Shown: piece by piece, positions 26,412 to 39,666 of the stretch | How the letters are laid out: each line of letters starts with the position of its first letter | Position numbering within the stretch: the first letter of the stretch is position 1 | Origin: Chiloscyllium plagiosum | Taxonomy: Eukaryota | Direction: 5' to 3' | NCBI RefSeq assembly: GCF_004010195.1 | Contig: NC_057749.1 | Span: 17,207,658 to 17,271,657, forward strand | Length of the DNA stretch: 64,000 nucleotides | Position numbers and translations under genes: made by a program | Notes under the pieces: generated by a model | What the model saw: the letters and a program-made list of their open reading frames with translations, nothing else | Databases searched by the model: none | What the model was told of the DNA's origin: nothing

Positions 26412-29279
26412 CCTTGTTGGTTGCAGATTGTGTCTGTCTCCTGACGATGTCATTATGGTTTCATGCTGTGGCATGTCAGAACTGGTAGTTAATGAGTTGA
26501 GCGTCGCAGCCCGTTCTTATGAGGGAATCTTTGAGTACTTCCAAGTGCCCGTCACATTCCTCCTCATCTGAACAGATCCTATGTATGCATAGAGGATGGT
26601 TGTTTTTATATGTTTCAGGTGGAAGCTGGAAAAATGCAGCATCACGAGGTTGTCCGTGGATTTGCAGTAGAGTGAAGTGCTGAAGTGCCCATCCTTGATG
26701 GAGATGCATGCGTCCAAGAATGAGACAGATACTAGAGAGAAGTCCATGGTGAGTTTGGTGGGATTAAACTCGCTGATATTACTGTTTAGTTGTTTCAGTG
26801 ATTCCTCGTCATGGGTCCAGAGGAAGAAAATGTCATCAATATACCTGGTGTATATTGTTGGTTAGAGGTCGTGCGTAGAGGTCTTGTTTGAACATATTGG
26901 GGTGCAAATTTGGTCCCCATGCTGTTCCGTGTGTCTGGATGATGAACTGGTTGTCAAAGGTGAAAACGTGATCAAGGATAAAGCGGATGAGTTGTAGGAC
27001 GGTGCTTGAAGATTGGCAATTGTTGGTGTTGAGTACTGAGGCTGTTGGCGTGATGCCATCGTTGTGGGGATTGCTGGTGTAGTGTGCTGAAACGTCCATT
27101 GTGATGAGGAATGTTCCTGGTTTGACTGGTCCTTGGATGCTGAGTTTCTGTAATAAATCTGTAGTTGCGACAGACGCTGGGGGACCCTTATATAGTGGAT
27201 TTCAAGATGCCTTCGACATAGACAGAAAGGTTCTCACACAGGGTCCCATTGCCTGATACAATAGGACTTCCTGGTGTGTTGGCTTTATGTACTTTCAGAA
27301 GGCAGTTAAAGTCACTTACGTGGGAAGTACATGGGTTGACGGTGCATAGGGAACTCTGAAGGACTCGATCCAAAGTCCTGATCACTGTATTTAGTTCATG
27401 GGTGTGCTTTTTGGTCGGATCGGCCAATAGTTGCCTGTAGTATTCCTCATTCAGTTGTTAGTACACTTCTTTGCAGTAATCTGTTCTATTCTGAGCGACG
27501 ATGGCTCCTCCTTTATCTGCTGGTTTGATGACAATGTTGTGATTGATTTTGAGAGCATGGATGGCGTTGCGTTGTGATTGAGTGATGTTTTGCTTTACCT
27601 TATGAGTGCGGCTGAGGAATCTATATATTTCCTGACAATTTGAGCAAACTGGTCTAGCCCAGGGCAGTGGCCCTCCGGGGTCCAAGTTGATTCCTCCTTT
27701 TGTTGCCCTTCTAAGGATCCCTGTGATGACTGTTCCAATTCCTCGGACTCATTGGGATCACTGCTGGCATCTTGAAAAAATTCGCTGAGTTTCATTCGTC
27801 TGATGAATTCCTCCGTGTCTCATGCAAGACCCATGGGATCCATTTTGGTGGTGGGGCAGAAATTGAGACCCTTGCTAAGAACTTCAGTCTCTTCTGGTTG
27901 AAGGGTGTGGTCTGATAAGTTGATGATCAATGTCCCTGTGGTGATAACTTTTCCATTGTGGTGCCAGGGTGGGATTAGCTACTGCCGATGGTGATGCCAA
28001 GTTTCTCCAATTTCTTGTTCTTGATGTGCATGCACATGGTATAGTTTTGTCACCTTGCCTGTTTGGCAATGTCCCATAACTGTACTGCTGTATCCTGAGT
28101 GCAGGCTGTGTTTGTGGACTCCATTTCAATTTTAAGGTTGTGGCACCTGCTGTGGATTTGGTGCACGAGATGATTGAGGGGTTTGCAAGAGGTGCAATGC
28201 CAAAGTCTCTCCGCGTAGTGTGTATTATAGGTCGACTTGAGTGGGTTCGTAATCCTTAATCCTTTTGGGATCTTTCCTACATTTCTGCAGAAACTTGATG
28301 CCTGTGTTAATATGTACGATCTTCTCAGATCCTTTCCACTTTGAGCCGGCGTTTAGTGGTGTTGATGGTAGTCATGATTTGGAGGTGCTGGTGTTGGACT
28401 GTGGTGTACAAAGTTAAAAATCATACAACCTTTATAGTTCAACAGGTTAATTTGGAAGCACTAGCTTATGGCTAATTCATAATCACAAGTAATTAGGTTA
28501 TGGAATACATTGTCTGGAAATTTGATGAAGATAGCTTCAAATGAAACATTGAGGAAGGCATTGGATGAATAGTTGGATAGAAATGGTGTACATGGGTGTG
28601 GGGAAAAGGCAGGAGACTGATCGGGGAAATGGAACCGATGCAGACACAATGGGCTGAATGGCCTTGTTCTGCACCATAACAATGTGATATGTAATAACTT
28701 AAGGTTCCCTGCAAGCTGCTTCCTGCCAGCTTATTTTTCTTACTCTAGATTCTTGCATGTTATTCTCCACAACCGGCCTGAACTTTGTGATACAATCATC
28801 ATTGTCTCCTAAATCTACCCCACTGACACTTAACCCACTTGACCCATCTTTCTAGATTACTAACTGGAATGAATGGGTTGTCTTATGATGAAATGGTATG
28901 GACAAAGGTAACATAGAAAGATGTTCCCTCACTTGGCTGAGTTCTGAACTAGGGGTCATCTTTTAAAATTAAGATATGAGGAGAAATTCTTTTGATAGTT
29001 GTGTAACTTTGAAACACCCTGCCTCAGAAGTGATGGAGGTGAGGTCATCATATATTTAAGGCTGGGGTAGATCAATGAGCAGTGGAATCTAAAGTTATCG
29101 CAAATAGATGGGAATACAGAATTCAATCACAAACAGATCAGCCAGATCTTATAGATTGTGCAGCAGTGTTGAGTTGCTGAATGGCTTACTTCTCCTAATT
29201 CATATGTTTGTATGGGTCAGATTGAGAGCTGATCGCTAGCAAATAAAACCAAGGGAATTCAAGCAAAAGATTCAGGGAC

Positions 29280-29560
29280 CCCTGAAGAAGTTGTCCTTGT
29301 GTGCCACATTTGAAGCACAGATCTAGATTCGGATGCCTCAAGGTGGAATGTCAGGAGTTCTACAGACACCTTTGAGATCGAGCAAAGCATCAGTATGCAG
29401 GAGAAAAGAAGGGGAAGGACCGATCTAATTATCCCCAGTAACAACTACATCTTCACTTCCATTTTCTCTGGGAGAATCTGCCAGTCACATGGAGACTTGA
29501 TTAGTCACCAGTGGGCTGCAGTCGATCTGTCCAAAAATCATCAAGAAATACAGATAGATT
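29280..29560 (+). mobile_element. RTE-clade LINE C-terminal remnant
   Basis: GRICQSHGDLISH resembles the RTE terminal C..GLxSH motif. Confidence 0.55.
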
Positions 29561-29639
29561 TGAATGAAATCTGGACTTATTTAATACTGTGAGCACGTAC
29601 AATCATGGTAAAGAAGACTTTGCGATGGTGTTCTTCGGA

Positions 29640-29985
29640 GCAGCATGTAGCTCAGTGCTTAGCACTGCCACCTCATAGTGCTAGGAATGAGTTCAATTCC
29701 AGCCTCAGGTGGCTTGTGGAGTTTGCATGTTCTTAGTCTGTCTGCGTGGGTTTCCTCTGAGTGCTTAGATTTCCTCCCACAATCCAAAGACTTCAAGGTT
29801 TGGTGGATTAGCCATGCTGAATTTGTTTGTAGTGTTCATCCTGCAGGCTAGGTGAATTAGCTATGGTAAATGTGGGGTTATTAGATATGGTAGGGGATTG
29901 GATCTGGGTGGGATGCTTTTTGGAGAGTCAGTGTGGACTGGATGGGCCAAATGGCCTATTTCTGCACTGTTAGGGGTTCTATGTT
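29640..29985 (+). mobile_element. HE1-type V-SINE
   Basis: tRNA-like head with A/B boxes, V-domain gtggagtttgcatgttct...gggtttcct, CR1-like tail. Confidence 0.85.
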
Positions 29986-30924
29986 CTCACAAAGGAGAGT
30001 GATGAGACTGGTAATTCAATAAAATGCAAGTCATTAGTTATATGGCAATGTCTCAGTCATTGGTTGGATCCCAGTTGCTTTCTAAACAGTGCTGTAACAG
30101 AAATGATGGGTGTTTTTACATGTACAGAAATTCCTTTGTGAAATGAAACAATGCATTTTGCATCATGGGGATAAATTCAGCTTCAGGGTTTCTCTTCGAG
30201 TGGACATTTGTGAGATTCATTAATTAAAATTTAATTCTGTTATCATAAAAATTAATTAATTAATGCGACCATCTGGGAAGCAAAAATTGCAAATTACTCC
30301 CTGCAAAGGAAACAAAGACCATGTGTCAGACAGCCAGTTTTCCGTTCTGTTCCCTTGACAATTGCCACTGATTTCTCCTTCCCTTTGAACTTTTCGGTTA
30401 CATTCACGTTAGCTTCGCTTGTCTATTTTTCTTTAATGGGATGAAAATTTATAATATGAAAGTAATTTGTTTTTCTCCCTTCCATTTAAAATTACTTGTT
30501 CAAAGCTGATCCTTAGAATCAAAGTAATTTTTAATATTAAATTCTTTTGAAGTCCGCAGCAGAGCTCTTCATGATGTCACCTTTCAGAAATGTCTGTCTT
30601 GCTAACAGTGGAAGCTTGCTGTAGTTCATAAACTTGTTATTTGATAGATTTGTCAACTAAATAGCACACAAGGTAAAGTGGCTGAGAGATCTAATCATTA
30701 ATTGGTTTTAGTTTTTTGCTGTGGCGTTCTGTACTTCTGCTTTTTGGTATTTACAGAATACTGTCCACTAATTGTTTAGATGCTGCAAATGTGAAATTTT
30801 GTACTTTTCCATAATACTTCAGTTAAGGATTCTGAGTTGCTTCATACACTCATTCCCTCCAGATAATCCTTTAGTGTCTGTCAAATATTACTTGTTTGGT
30901 TATAAAATTATGGAACTAGTAATG

Positions 30925-31920
30925 TATTCCTCAGCCCACTGGTCCAGACTTTCGGAAGGATGTTGTGAAACTTGAAAGGGTTCAGAAAAGATTTACAAGG
31001 ATGTTGCCAGTGTTGGAGGATTTGAGCTAAAGGGAGAGGTTGAATAGGCTGGGGCTGTTTTCCCTGGAGCGTCGGAGGCTGAGGAGTGACCTTAGAGGTT
31101 TATAAAATCATGAGGGTCATGGATAGAAAAAATAGACAAAGTCTCTTTCCTGGGTTGGGGGAGTCCAGAACGAGAAGGCATAGGTTTAGGGTGAGAGGCG
31201 AAAGATATAAAAGAGACCGAAGGTGCAACTTTTTTCACAGAGGGTGGTGCTTGTATGGAATGAGCTGCCAGAGGAAGTGGTGTAGGTTCGTATGATTGCA
31301 CCATTTAAAAGGCATCTGGATGGGTATATGAATAAGAAGGGTTTGAAGGGATATGGACCAGATGCTGGCAGGTTGGGATATCTGGTTGGCATGGACAAGT
31401 TGGACTGAAGGGTCTGTTTCTGTGCTATACGTCTCTATGACTCTATTTGTCACTCTTTCGAAACTAAAGCTGCAATGTTGTCTACTTTGCAAATAACTAG
31501 GCTGGGCCTGTTTATTCTGGAGCGTCAGAGGCTGAGGGATGACCATATAGAAGTTTATGAAATCATGAGGGGCATGAATAGGGTAAATAGACAAGGTCTT
31601 TTCCCTGGGATGGGAGAGTCCAAAACTAGAGGGTACAGGTTTAAGGTGAGATGGTAAAGGTTTAAAAGTGATCTAAGGGGCAATTTTTTCATGCAGAGGG
31701 TGGTGCGTGTAAAGAATGCACGCCAGAAGGAATGATGGAGGCTGGTACAATTACAACAATTAAAAGGCATCTGGATGGTTGTATGAATAGGAAGGGTTTA
31801 GAGGAATATGGGCCAAATGCTGGCAAATGGGACTAGATTATTTTCGGATAACTGGTCAGCATGGACAAGTTGGACCCAAGGGTCTATTTCCTTGCTGTGT
31901 GTGACTATGGCTCTATGATT
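30925..31920 (+). mobile_element. Two tandem CR1 3' fragments (~30925-31445, ~31495-31920)
   Basis: EVYKIMR...ESRTR; each ends in the CR1 tail. Confidence 0.9.
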
Positions 31921-32299
31921 CAAACAAGGAATCATAAAAGGAACAAGTAGCTGTCAGCCAGCATGTTTGATAGAATATTAAAATTATGGATCCAGTTGAC
32001 AGTTTTTCTATGACACTTATTTAGTATTCAGTAAATGTTTTTGAGGAAATTATAATTTGAGCCAATGCATTAACATTCTGTAGTATGTTTATTGTACTCT
32101 AGCACTTACGATTCATCACTCCAGTTGCTTTACACCCTTCTCAAAGACTGGCCTGTAACCACCAATATGTTTCCCCTCATACAAAACTCGCATTAAATGC
32201 AATTTTTGTTCAGAAGGACACAATCTCTTACTACACAGCACAGTTTTCACAGCTAAAGTGAAAATTTTACACAGCTAACATTATATTTAATTGAAATAG

Positions 32300-32820
32300 A
32301 AACATAGAAAATAGAAGCAAATGTAGACATTTAGAGCCTTGAGCCTACTCTGCCATGTCTGATCATGCAGTTCTGTACCCTAATCCAGTTTTCTCCACAT
32401 GATATCTTAGTCCTAAGATTATATCTTAACTCTTCCTTGAAATCATTCCATGTTTTGGCCTAAACCGCTTTCAGTAACAGAGAATTTCATAGGCTTACCA
32501 GTCTCTGGCTGAGGAGAAAATGAGGTCTGCAGATGCTGGAGATCAGAGATGGAAATGTGTTGCTGGAGAAGCGCAGCAGGTCAGGCAGCATCTAGGGAAC
32601 AGTCTCTGGCTGAGGAAATTTTTCCTCATCTCAGTCCTAAATGGCCTACCCTGTGACATTAAACTGAGAGACCTAGTTCTGGATTCCTGGTCATTGGAAC
32701 ATCCTTCCTCCATTTACCCTGTCTAGTCCTGTTGGAATTTTATAGGTTTCTATGAGATCCCCCCCAATCATTCTTCTGAACTCTAGTGAATACAGTCCTA
32801 ACTGTTTCCAGTCTCTTCAT
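32300..32820 (-). mobile_element. CR1 3' fragment
   Basis: tagaaacatagaaaatag tail followed by reverse-complement CR1 3' end. Confidence 0.8.
32516..32599 (-). mobile_element. PLE terminal fragment in CR1
   Basis: Flanking duplication cagtctctggctgagga at 32499-32515 and 32600-32616 (includes junction microhomology); matches the reverse complement of 19549-19637. Confidence 0.9.
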
Positions 32821-32824
32821 ACAT

Positions 32825-34800
32825 CTGGCAGGGGGATCGAGTTTAAGAGCTGCAAGGTTTTGCTACAGTTCTACAAGTCTCTAATGAGACCATACTTGGA
32901 ATATTGTGTCCAGTTCTGGTTGCCCTACTATAAGAAAGATACAGAGGCTTTGGAGAGGGTGCAAAGAAGGTTTACCAGGATGCTGCCTGGAGGGCTTGCC
33001 TTATGAAGAAAGGTTGAATAAGCTCTGAATTTTCTCTCTGGAGAGAAGGAGGAAGAGAGGAGACCTGATCGAGGTAGACAAGATAATGAGAGGAATAGAT
33101 AGGGTCAGTAAGTCAGAGACTTTTCCCCAGGGCAAGATTGACTGGTATGAGGGGTTTTAAGATATTAGGAGAAATTCCCCGGCAATTATAGACCAGTAAG
33201 TCTCACGTATGTCATCTGTAAGGTGTTAGAAAGGATTCTGAGGGATAAGATTTATGACCATCTGGAAGAGCATGGCTTGATTAAATGCAGTCAACATGGC
33301 TTTGTGAGGGGCAGATCATGCCTCACAAACCTTATCGAGTTCTTTGAGGATGTGACTAGAAAAGTTGATGAGGGTTAAGCTGTGGTGTATATGGACTTCA
33401 GCAAGGCATTTGATAAGGTTCCCCATGGTAGGCTCATTCAGAAGGTCAGGAGGAATGGCGATACAGAGGAACTTAGCTGTCTGGATACAGAATTGGCTGG
33501 CCAACAGAAGACAGCGAGTGGTAGTAGAAGGAAAATATTCTGCCTGGAAGTCTTTGGTGAGTGGTGTTCCACAGGGCTCTGTCCTTGGGCCTCTACTGTT
33601 TGTAATTTTTATTAATGACTTGGATGAGGGTATTGAAGGATTGGTCAGCAAGTTTGCAGACGACACAAAGGTTGGAGGTGTCGTTGACAGTATAGAGGGC
33701 TGTTGTGGCTGCAGCAGGACATTGACAGGATGCAGAGATGGGCTGAGAGGTGGCAGATGGAGTTCAACCTGGATAAATGCGAGGTGATGCATTTTGGAAG
33801 GTCGAATTTGAAAGCTGAGTACAGGATTAAGCATAGGATTCTTGGCAGTGTGGAGGAACAGAGGGATCTTGGTGTGCAGGTACATAGATCCCTTAAAATG
33901 GCCATCCTAAGTGGATAGGTTTGTTAAGAAAGCATATGGTGTTTTGGCTTTCATTAACAGGAGGATTGAGTTTAAGAATTGTGAGATCTTGTTGCAGCTT
34001 TATAAACCTTTGGTTAGACCGCACTTGGAATACTGCGTCCAGTTCTGGTCGCCCTATTATAGGAAAGATGTGGATGCTTTGGAGAGGGTTCAGAGGAGGT
34101 TTACCAGGATGCTGCCTGGATTGGAGGGCTTATCTTATGAAGAGAGGTTGACCTGAGCTCGGACTTTTTTCATTGGAGAAAAGGAGGAGGAGAGGGGACC
34201 TAATTGAGGCCTACTAGATAATGAGAGGCATAGATAGAGTCGATGGCCATAGACTATTTCCCACGGCAGAAATGACTAACACAAGGGGTCATAGTTTTAA
34301 TCTGGTTGGAGGAAAGTATAGAGGGGATGTCAGAGGTGGGTTCTTTACACAGAGAGTTGTGAGAGCATGGAATACGTTGCCAGCAGCAGTTGTGAAAGTA
34401 AGGTCATTGGGGACATTTAAGAGTCTACTGGACATGCATATGGAACAGAAATTTGAGGGTGCATACATGAGGATCAGTGGTTGGCACAATATTGTGGGCT
34501 GAAGGGCCTGTTCTGTGGTGTACTGTTCTATGTTCTAAAGGTATAGAGGGGACGTAAGAGGAACGTTCTTTACGCGGAGAGTTGTGAATGCATGGAAAGC
34601 GTTGCCAGCGGTGGTGGTGGAAGCAGAGTCATTAGGGATATTTAAGCAACTGCTGAACATGCACGTAGATAGCAGTGAGTTGAGGGATGCGTAGGTTGTT
34701 ATTATATTTTACATTAGGATTAAACCTTGGCACAACATCGTGGGCCAAAGGGCCTGTTCTGTGCTGTACTTTCTATGTTCTGTATATTCTATGTTCTATA
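32825..34800 (+). mobile_element. Nested CR1 fragments (younger ~33175-34535 within an older copy)
   Basis: SGVPQGSVLGPLLFVIFINDLD, KFADDTK, RPHLEYCVQFWSP; two 3' tails. Confidence 0.92.
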
Positions 34801-35044
34801 CCATTTTGCTTTCACTGCTTGCTGTACCTGTGTGCTTACTTTCAGTGACTGGTGAACAAGGTCTTGTTGCATCTCACCTTAGTATCATTGTGCTAACGCT
34901 GCAGGTATCATATCCTTCTAATAATGTATTAAAGATCTCATCAAGATGTCTATTTAAACTAAGTTCAATGCCATAATTTTGCAATTAACCTAACCTTGCT
35001 GAATGTGTTGCAGCATTGATAGCTGTTGCTTGCTGTGATTAGTC

Positions 35045-35750
35045 ACATAAATATACAAGTTAGGAACAGGAATGGACAATTCTGTCCCTTGAGCTAGCCC
35101 ACCATTCAGTCAGATCTTGGGTTTGTTTTGCACTTCACATTCCCATTGACTTGTGACAGCCTTCAATTGCATTGCCTAACAAAAATTCAATCAACCACCT
35201 CCATTAAAAATATTCAGTGGCTGTACCTTCACTGTCTTCTGAGGCACTGGGTTCCAAAATTGCATAATCCTCAAAGAAAATTCTCCTTGTTTAAGAAGAC
35301 AATCTCAGATTTGAAGAGAGCGCCCCTTCCTAGTTCAGGACTCTGCTGCAAGAAAATACAACCTTTCCATGCCTGTCTTGTTCAGATTGTAACAGATACA
35401 CTTAAATCAGGTCTCCCTTCAATCTTCTGAACTCCAGTGACAACAAACTCAGTCTGTCCAGCCTTCTCACATACAACAACACATCCATTCCAGTTATCAA
35501 CCCCGTAAATGTCCTCTGAACTACCTCCAAAACATTTAAATCTTTTCTTAAATGTGAAGACAAAACACTGCACAGTACTTAAGGTAGTGTCACCAATGCC
35601 CTGAACATAATATCTTTTATGTTCCATTCTGCTCATAATAAAGGATGTTATTCCATTATCCTCCTTAATTACCTTAGTTACTTGCATTATCTGTATTCTA
35701 AATTATTCTGACTTATGCAAAAGAAGACCTTCGATCAACCTGCATCATAG
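35045..35750 (-). mobile_element. Old CR1 3' fragment
   Basis: Degenerate reverse-complement CR1 tail and ORF2 end. Confidence 0.65.
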
Positions 35751-38226
35751 AATTATTTAGTAATTTTCAAGATCACGGTTTTTTATTAAAAGCATAGGCC
35801 TCTCTTTTTATCGCAACATTTAAATATTTAGATGAAGACTTGAAATGCCATAGCATTACAAAGGCTATGGGTCAAGTGCTGAGATAACAGAAGATCAGTG
35901 CTTCATGACCAGCTCTCAAATGATGGATCATAGGACCTCTTTCAGTGCTGTAAAACTCTAATTTTATTCCATTCTATAAAAATATGATTTTTTAATCAGT
36001 TATGTGGCATGATTTCACAAGGGAGCATACTGCATTCTTTCCAGCTCTTTTACGCACACAGATGTAATTTTCATTTGCTTGGAAATTGGGATTCATTGCC
36101 AATCACATCATTGCCTGGATATGGTGTGTAAAATTGAAGTAATACGGTTTACTGTTTTATGCATTGACAAGGCACACAGGGCAGATGTTCATGTTGCAAT
36201 GCATCTGTGTCAGTTGAATGGTAGTATCTGTTACATTTATTCTTAGAAGGTGAAAATTAATTTTGTTAGCTTACAACTTTGTGATGCACACGTACAAATC
36301 TCTTATTTATTGGAAGACTGTAAAAATTAAGCAGCAAGTCCAAGGAGTAGTTAGAAGTGACTGATTTCACAGTAACAAAAATACCTTGAAATAACTCCAG
36401 ATTAAGTGACACTATATAGTTTTTGGAAGATCAAATCTATCGCAGAAGAACTATTTCAGGGGAGGGGATGCAAAAGTAAAACTTGATTTCTAGCATATGT
36501 TGATATAAACAATCGTATTATTTCAATTATACTTGCTTTCTTTAACTTTTAAATATACACAGTTTGTTTTTGTTGAAAATCAGAACACTTAAGACATAAA
36601 TTCTTTCAGTTAATCACTTGAAATGTTAATAGTCCACATCAGTGTTGTAACACCTGAGAGCATTGATAAGTTTATTGGACTGTTGTGTTGTAGGTTATAA
36701 CGTAAAAACTATAATTGGATCTTGCGGTCTGGAATCACCTTGATTGCCGCCTCCCCATTTTGAGATATGTAATGAATGGGTACATTACACTTTGTATTTT
36801 AGCACAATATGCAATTTTGTAAAATTAGGAAAGCATTAATTCATCAAATCACAGTAGCTTGAATGCAGACTTGTGTTTATTCCTGTATCTCCATTTGGAG
36901 GTCAATTGTTGACATTTCACATCCATGGAGTAGGTTTGTTCCTTGAAGAATGACTGTGACACTTTCAGATATGAAAGGCAATAAAGGTTTGAAGGATAGC
37001 TTAGAGGACATTGCCCTGACCTGCAAACTTTCCAATGTATAGCACGAAATGGGACTGGATTCATTGTTGAGGTCCCTTTTTAAAGTCTTGGATGTCCTGC
37101 ACTGTACTATAATACAGGGAGATCTCAAATTGTTTTTGTCCCTGCTCAAGTGGAATGCATGTTGTACAATCTCTTATATTGAAAAAGGTCAGTTGTCATC
37201 TCTGATCTGGGTTAATTTTGAAACTGTTTGGACCTTTGTCCCAGCTACTTCCTTCAATCTTCCCGCCACACAAGTTCAACAGTTCAAACCTTACCCATTC
37301 AGTTGACTAACCGTCAAACTTTACTTGTTCTAAGTTTTTCTTTGTCATTTACTCCTCCTCGGCCTTTCACCCACTCTCCAGTTCTTGATATATAATTTGC
37401 TATTGTTGCAGGTGGAATGATGTATGGTAATTTTTCTCCTCGTACAATTTGCTGCTGAAGTTGTTGGAACGTGATTTTGTAAGCAACGATGACCCTTTTG
37501 GTACCTCATCGAGTACCCAGTCCTCAACATTTGTTATAATGAGCACTCATCACAGCCAAGCCTGATATGAGCCTCACCTGGCATTCAAATATACATGCTT
37601 TCCACAAGCAGTCTGTGCATAGTGATAAGGAACAGAAATGGCCTGATATTCTTATGTCACTATCTGGATAATAAAACAAGTTATAGCATTCCTGTTAGCC
37701 TGCTGATACCAATCAACTTAATCTAGATAAGAGATTTATTAGTGGTTTTGTGCATAGAACATGAATAACGTAAAGTGTACTTCCGGCATTTTAACTTACA
37801 AATTTTATGGAGCAATAAATTTTATTTTAGCATCTGTGTTATATTGTCATTTGTGTGTTGCAGTAAGTGGTGTACAGTAACCTTAAGGGTTGACTGAACT
37901 GATGAGGCATCTTTTCATTCACTTCTAATTGTCAAGGTCATTGAGTATTGGGTGACTGATCAGCAAATCCTGTCTGCTCCGAGTTTGCAAATTTGATTCA
38001 TCGCACTGACGATGGATTCACGTGAAGTATTTTGACAGTGTGGGATCTACTACTGCCTGTTTAGCACATCACAGCTATTGGATTCATTACCATTAACTTG
38101 GCATGGCTGAACCCAGCTTTTAATCAGGTCGTCAGTAGAAGAAGAAAATAGACAATGGCTCCTGCATCCAGTAACAGTGTAATTTGTTCCTTTTGAGCCA
38201 TTAAATATCATATCAAAACAGTTCAG

Positions 38227-39666
38227 TTTTGAGAAGATTTGTAGCTCAGGTTGAGGTTCTGGATGTATATTTGCTCGCTGAGCTGGAAGGTTCATTTTCA
38301 GATGTTTCGTCACCATACTAGGTAACATCAGTGAGCCTCCCATGAAGCACTGGTAATATGGCCCACTTTTTATTTGTGTTTAGGTTTCCTTCGGTTGGTG
38401 ATGTTATTTCCTGTTTTTATTCCCCTCGGGAGTGATAAATGGGATGCCAGTCATTGGAAACCTTCAAGACCATCAATAATACACTTGCATAAAATTCACA
38501 AAAGAGGAGAAAAACAACACCAAACTGTCATTCCTAGATGTCGCAGTAGAGCGATCACCAATGGGGAACTCCAAACAACACATATGGACCGAATACTTAA
38601 CTACAGAAGCAATCATCCCAACACCCACAAATGGAGCTGCATTAGAACATTATTTCAACCAGCACAGAGGAACTACGAAGAGCAGAGGAAAATCACCTAT
38701 ACAGTGTATTCAAAAAGAATGGATAACCAATGAACACTAGGAGAAAGTGAGGACTGCAGATGCTGGAGATCAGAGCTGAAAATGTGTTGTTGGAAAAGTG
38801 CAGCAGGTCAGGCAGCATCTAAGGAGCAGGAGAATCGACGTTTCGGGCATGAGCCCTTCTTCAGGAATGAGGCCATGACATCATCTCATTCCTGAAGAAG
38901 GGCTCATGCCCGAAATGTAGATTCTCCTGCTCCTTGGATGCTGCCTGAGCTGCTGCACTTTTCCAGCAACACATTTTCAACCCGATGAACACTGTCCACC
39001 AATTTCTCAGCAACAAACTCAAACAAGCAGACAAAACACGTTCCAGAAACCCTCGTCACTCTCCACTCCATCAAAGACATCTTGACTGCCATACTATACA
39101 GACCCCATGGCATCATGGTAGCCCACAAACCCACCAACACACTAAATCAGCAGCTAATGACTTGAAAGACTATACAGACAACAGACAAAACTAATGTCAT
39201 TTACAAATTACCTTGCAAGAACTGTAACAAACACTACATTGGACAAACAGGCAGACAACTAGCCACCAGGATACATGAACATCAACTAGCCACAAAACGA
39301 CCTGACCCTCTCTCACTAGTATCTTTGCAAACAGCTGAGGAAGGACACCACTTCGACTGGGACAACACATCCATCCCAGGACAAGTCAAACTAAGACATG
39401 CGCGAGAATTCCTAGAAGCATGGCACTCCAACCAGAACTCTATCAACAACTACATTGACTTGGATCACATTTATCACGCCTGAGAAAAACAACAGGAAAT
39501 GATATCACAACATGAAATGACATCACCAACCCAAGAAACCTAAACACATAAATAAAAATCAGGCCATACCATCAGTGCTTCACCGGAGGCTCACTGATGT
39601 TACCTAGCACAGTGACAGAATGTCTGAAAATGAACCTTACAGCTCAGCGAGCCATCTTACCTCCAA
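38227..39666 (+). mobile_element. PLE 3' portion with inverted 5' pseudo-LTR
   Basis: Inverted termini ~38256-38415 / ~39490-39665; GIY-YIG NVIYKLPCKNCNKHYIGQTGRQLATRIHEH at ~39193-39282. Confidence 0.9.
38739..38979 (-). mobile_element. Fold-back mini-PLE nested in another PLE
   Basis: Arms 38778-38871 / 38885-38979 with a 13-nt spacer; imperfect 14-bp TSD ...atgaacact at 38725-38738 and 38980-38993; hammerhead core on both strands. Confidence 0.9.

Larger units (their letters stand above)
24580..28467 (-). mobile_element. Near full-length degenerate PLE, interrupted by a solo LTR
   Basis: 5' partial pseudo-LTR 28376-28467, ATG at 28375, IKPADKGGAIV, PIVSGNGT, MDVSAHYT, SFLD, GIY-YIG NIVYLIRC..WYIGE; 3' pseudo-LTR 24580-25030. 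Confidence 0.92.

Noticed and set aside
36849..37530. Cluster of short minus-strand ORFs, possibly a decayed transposase or exon
   Set aside because: No motif I can recognise; needs a BLASTX search.
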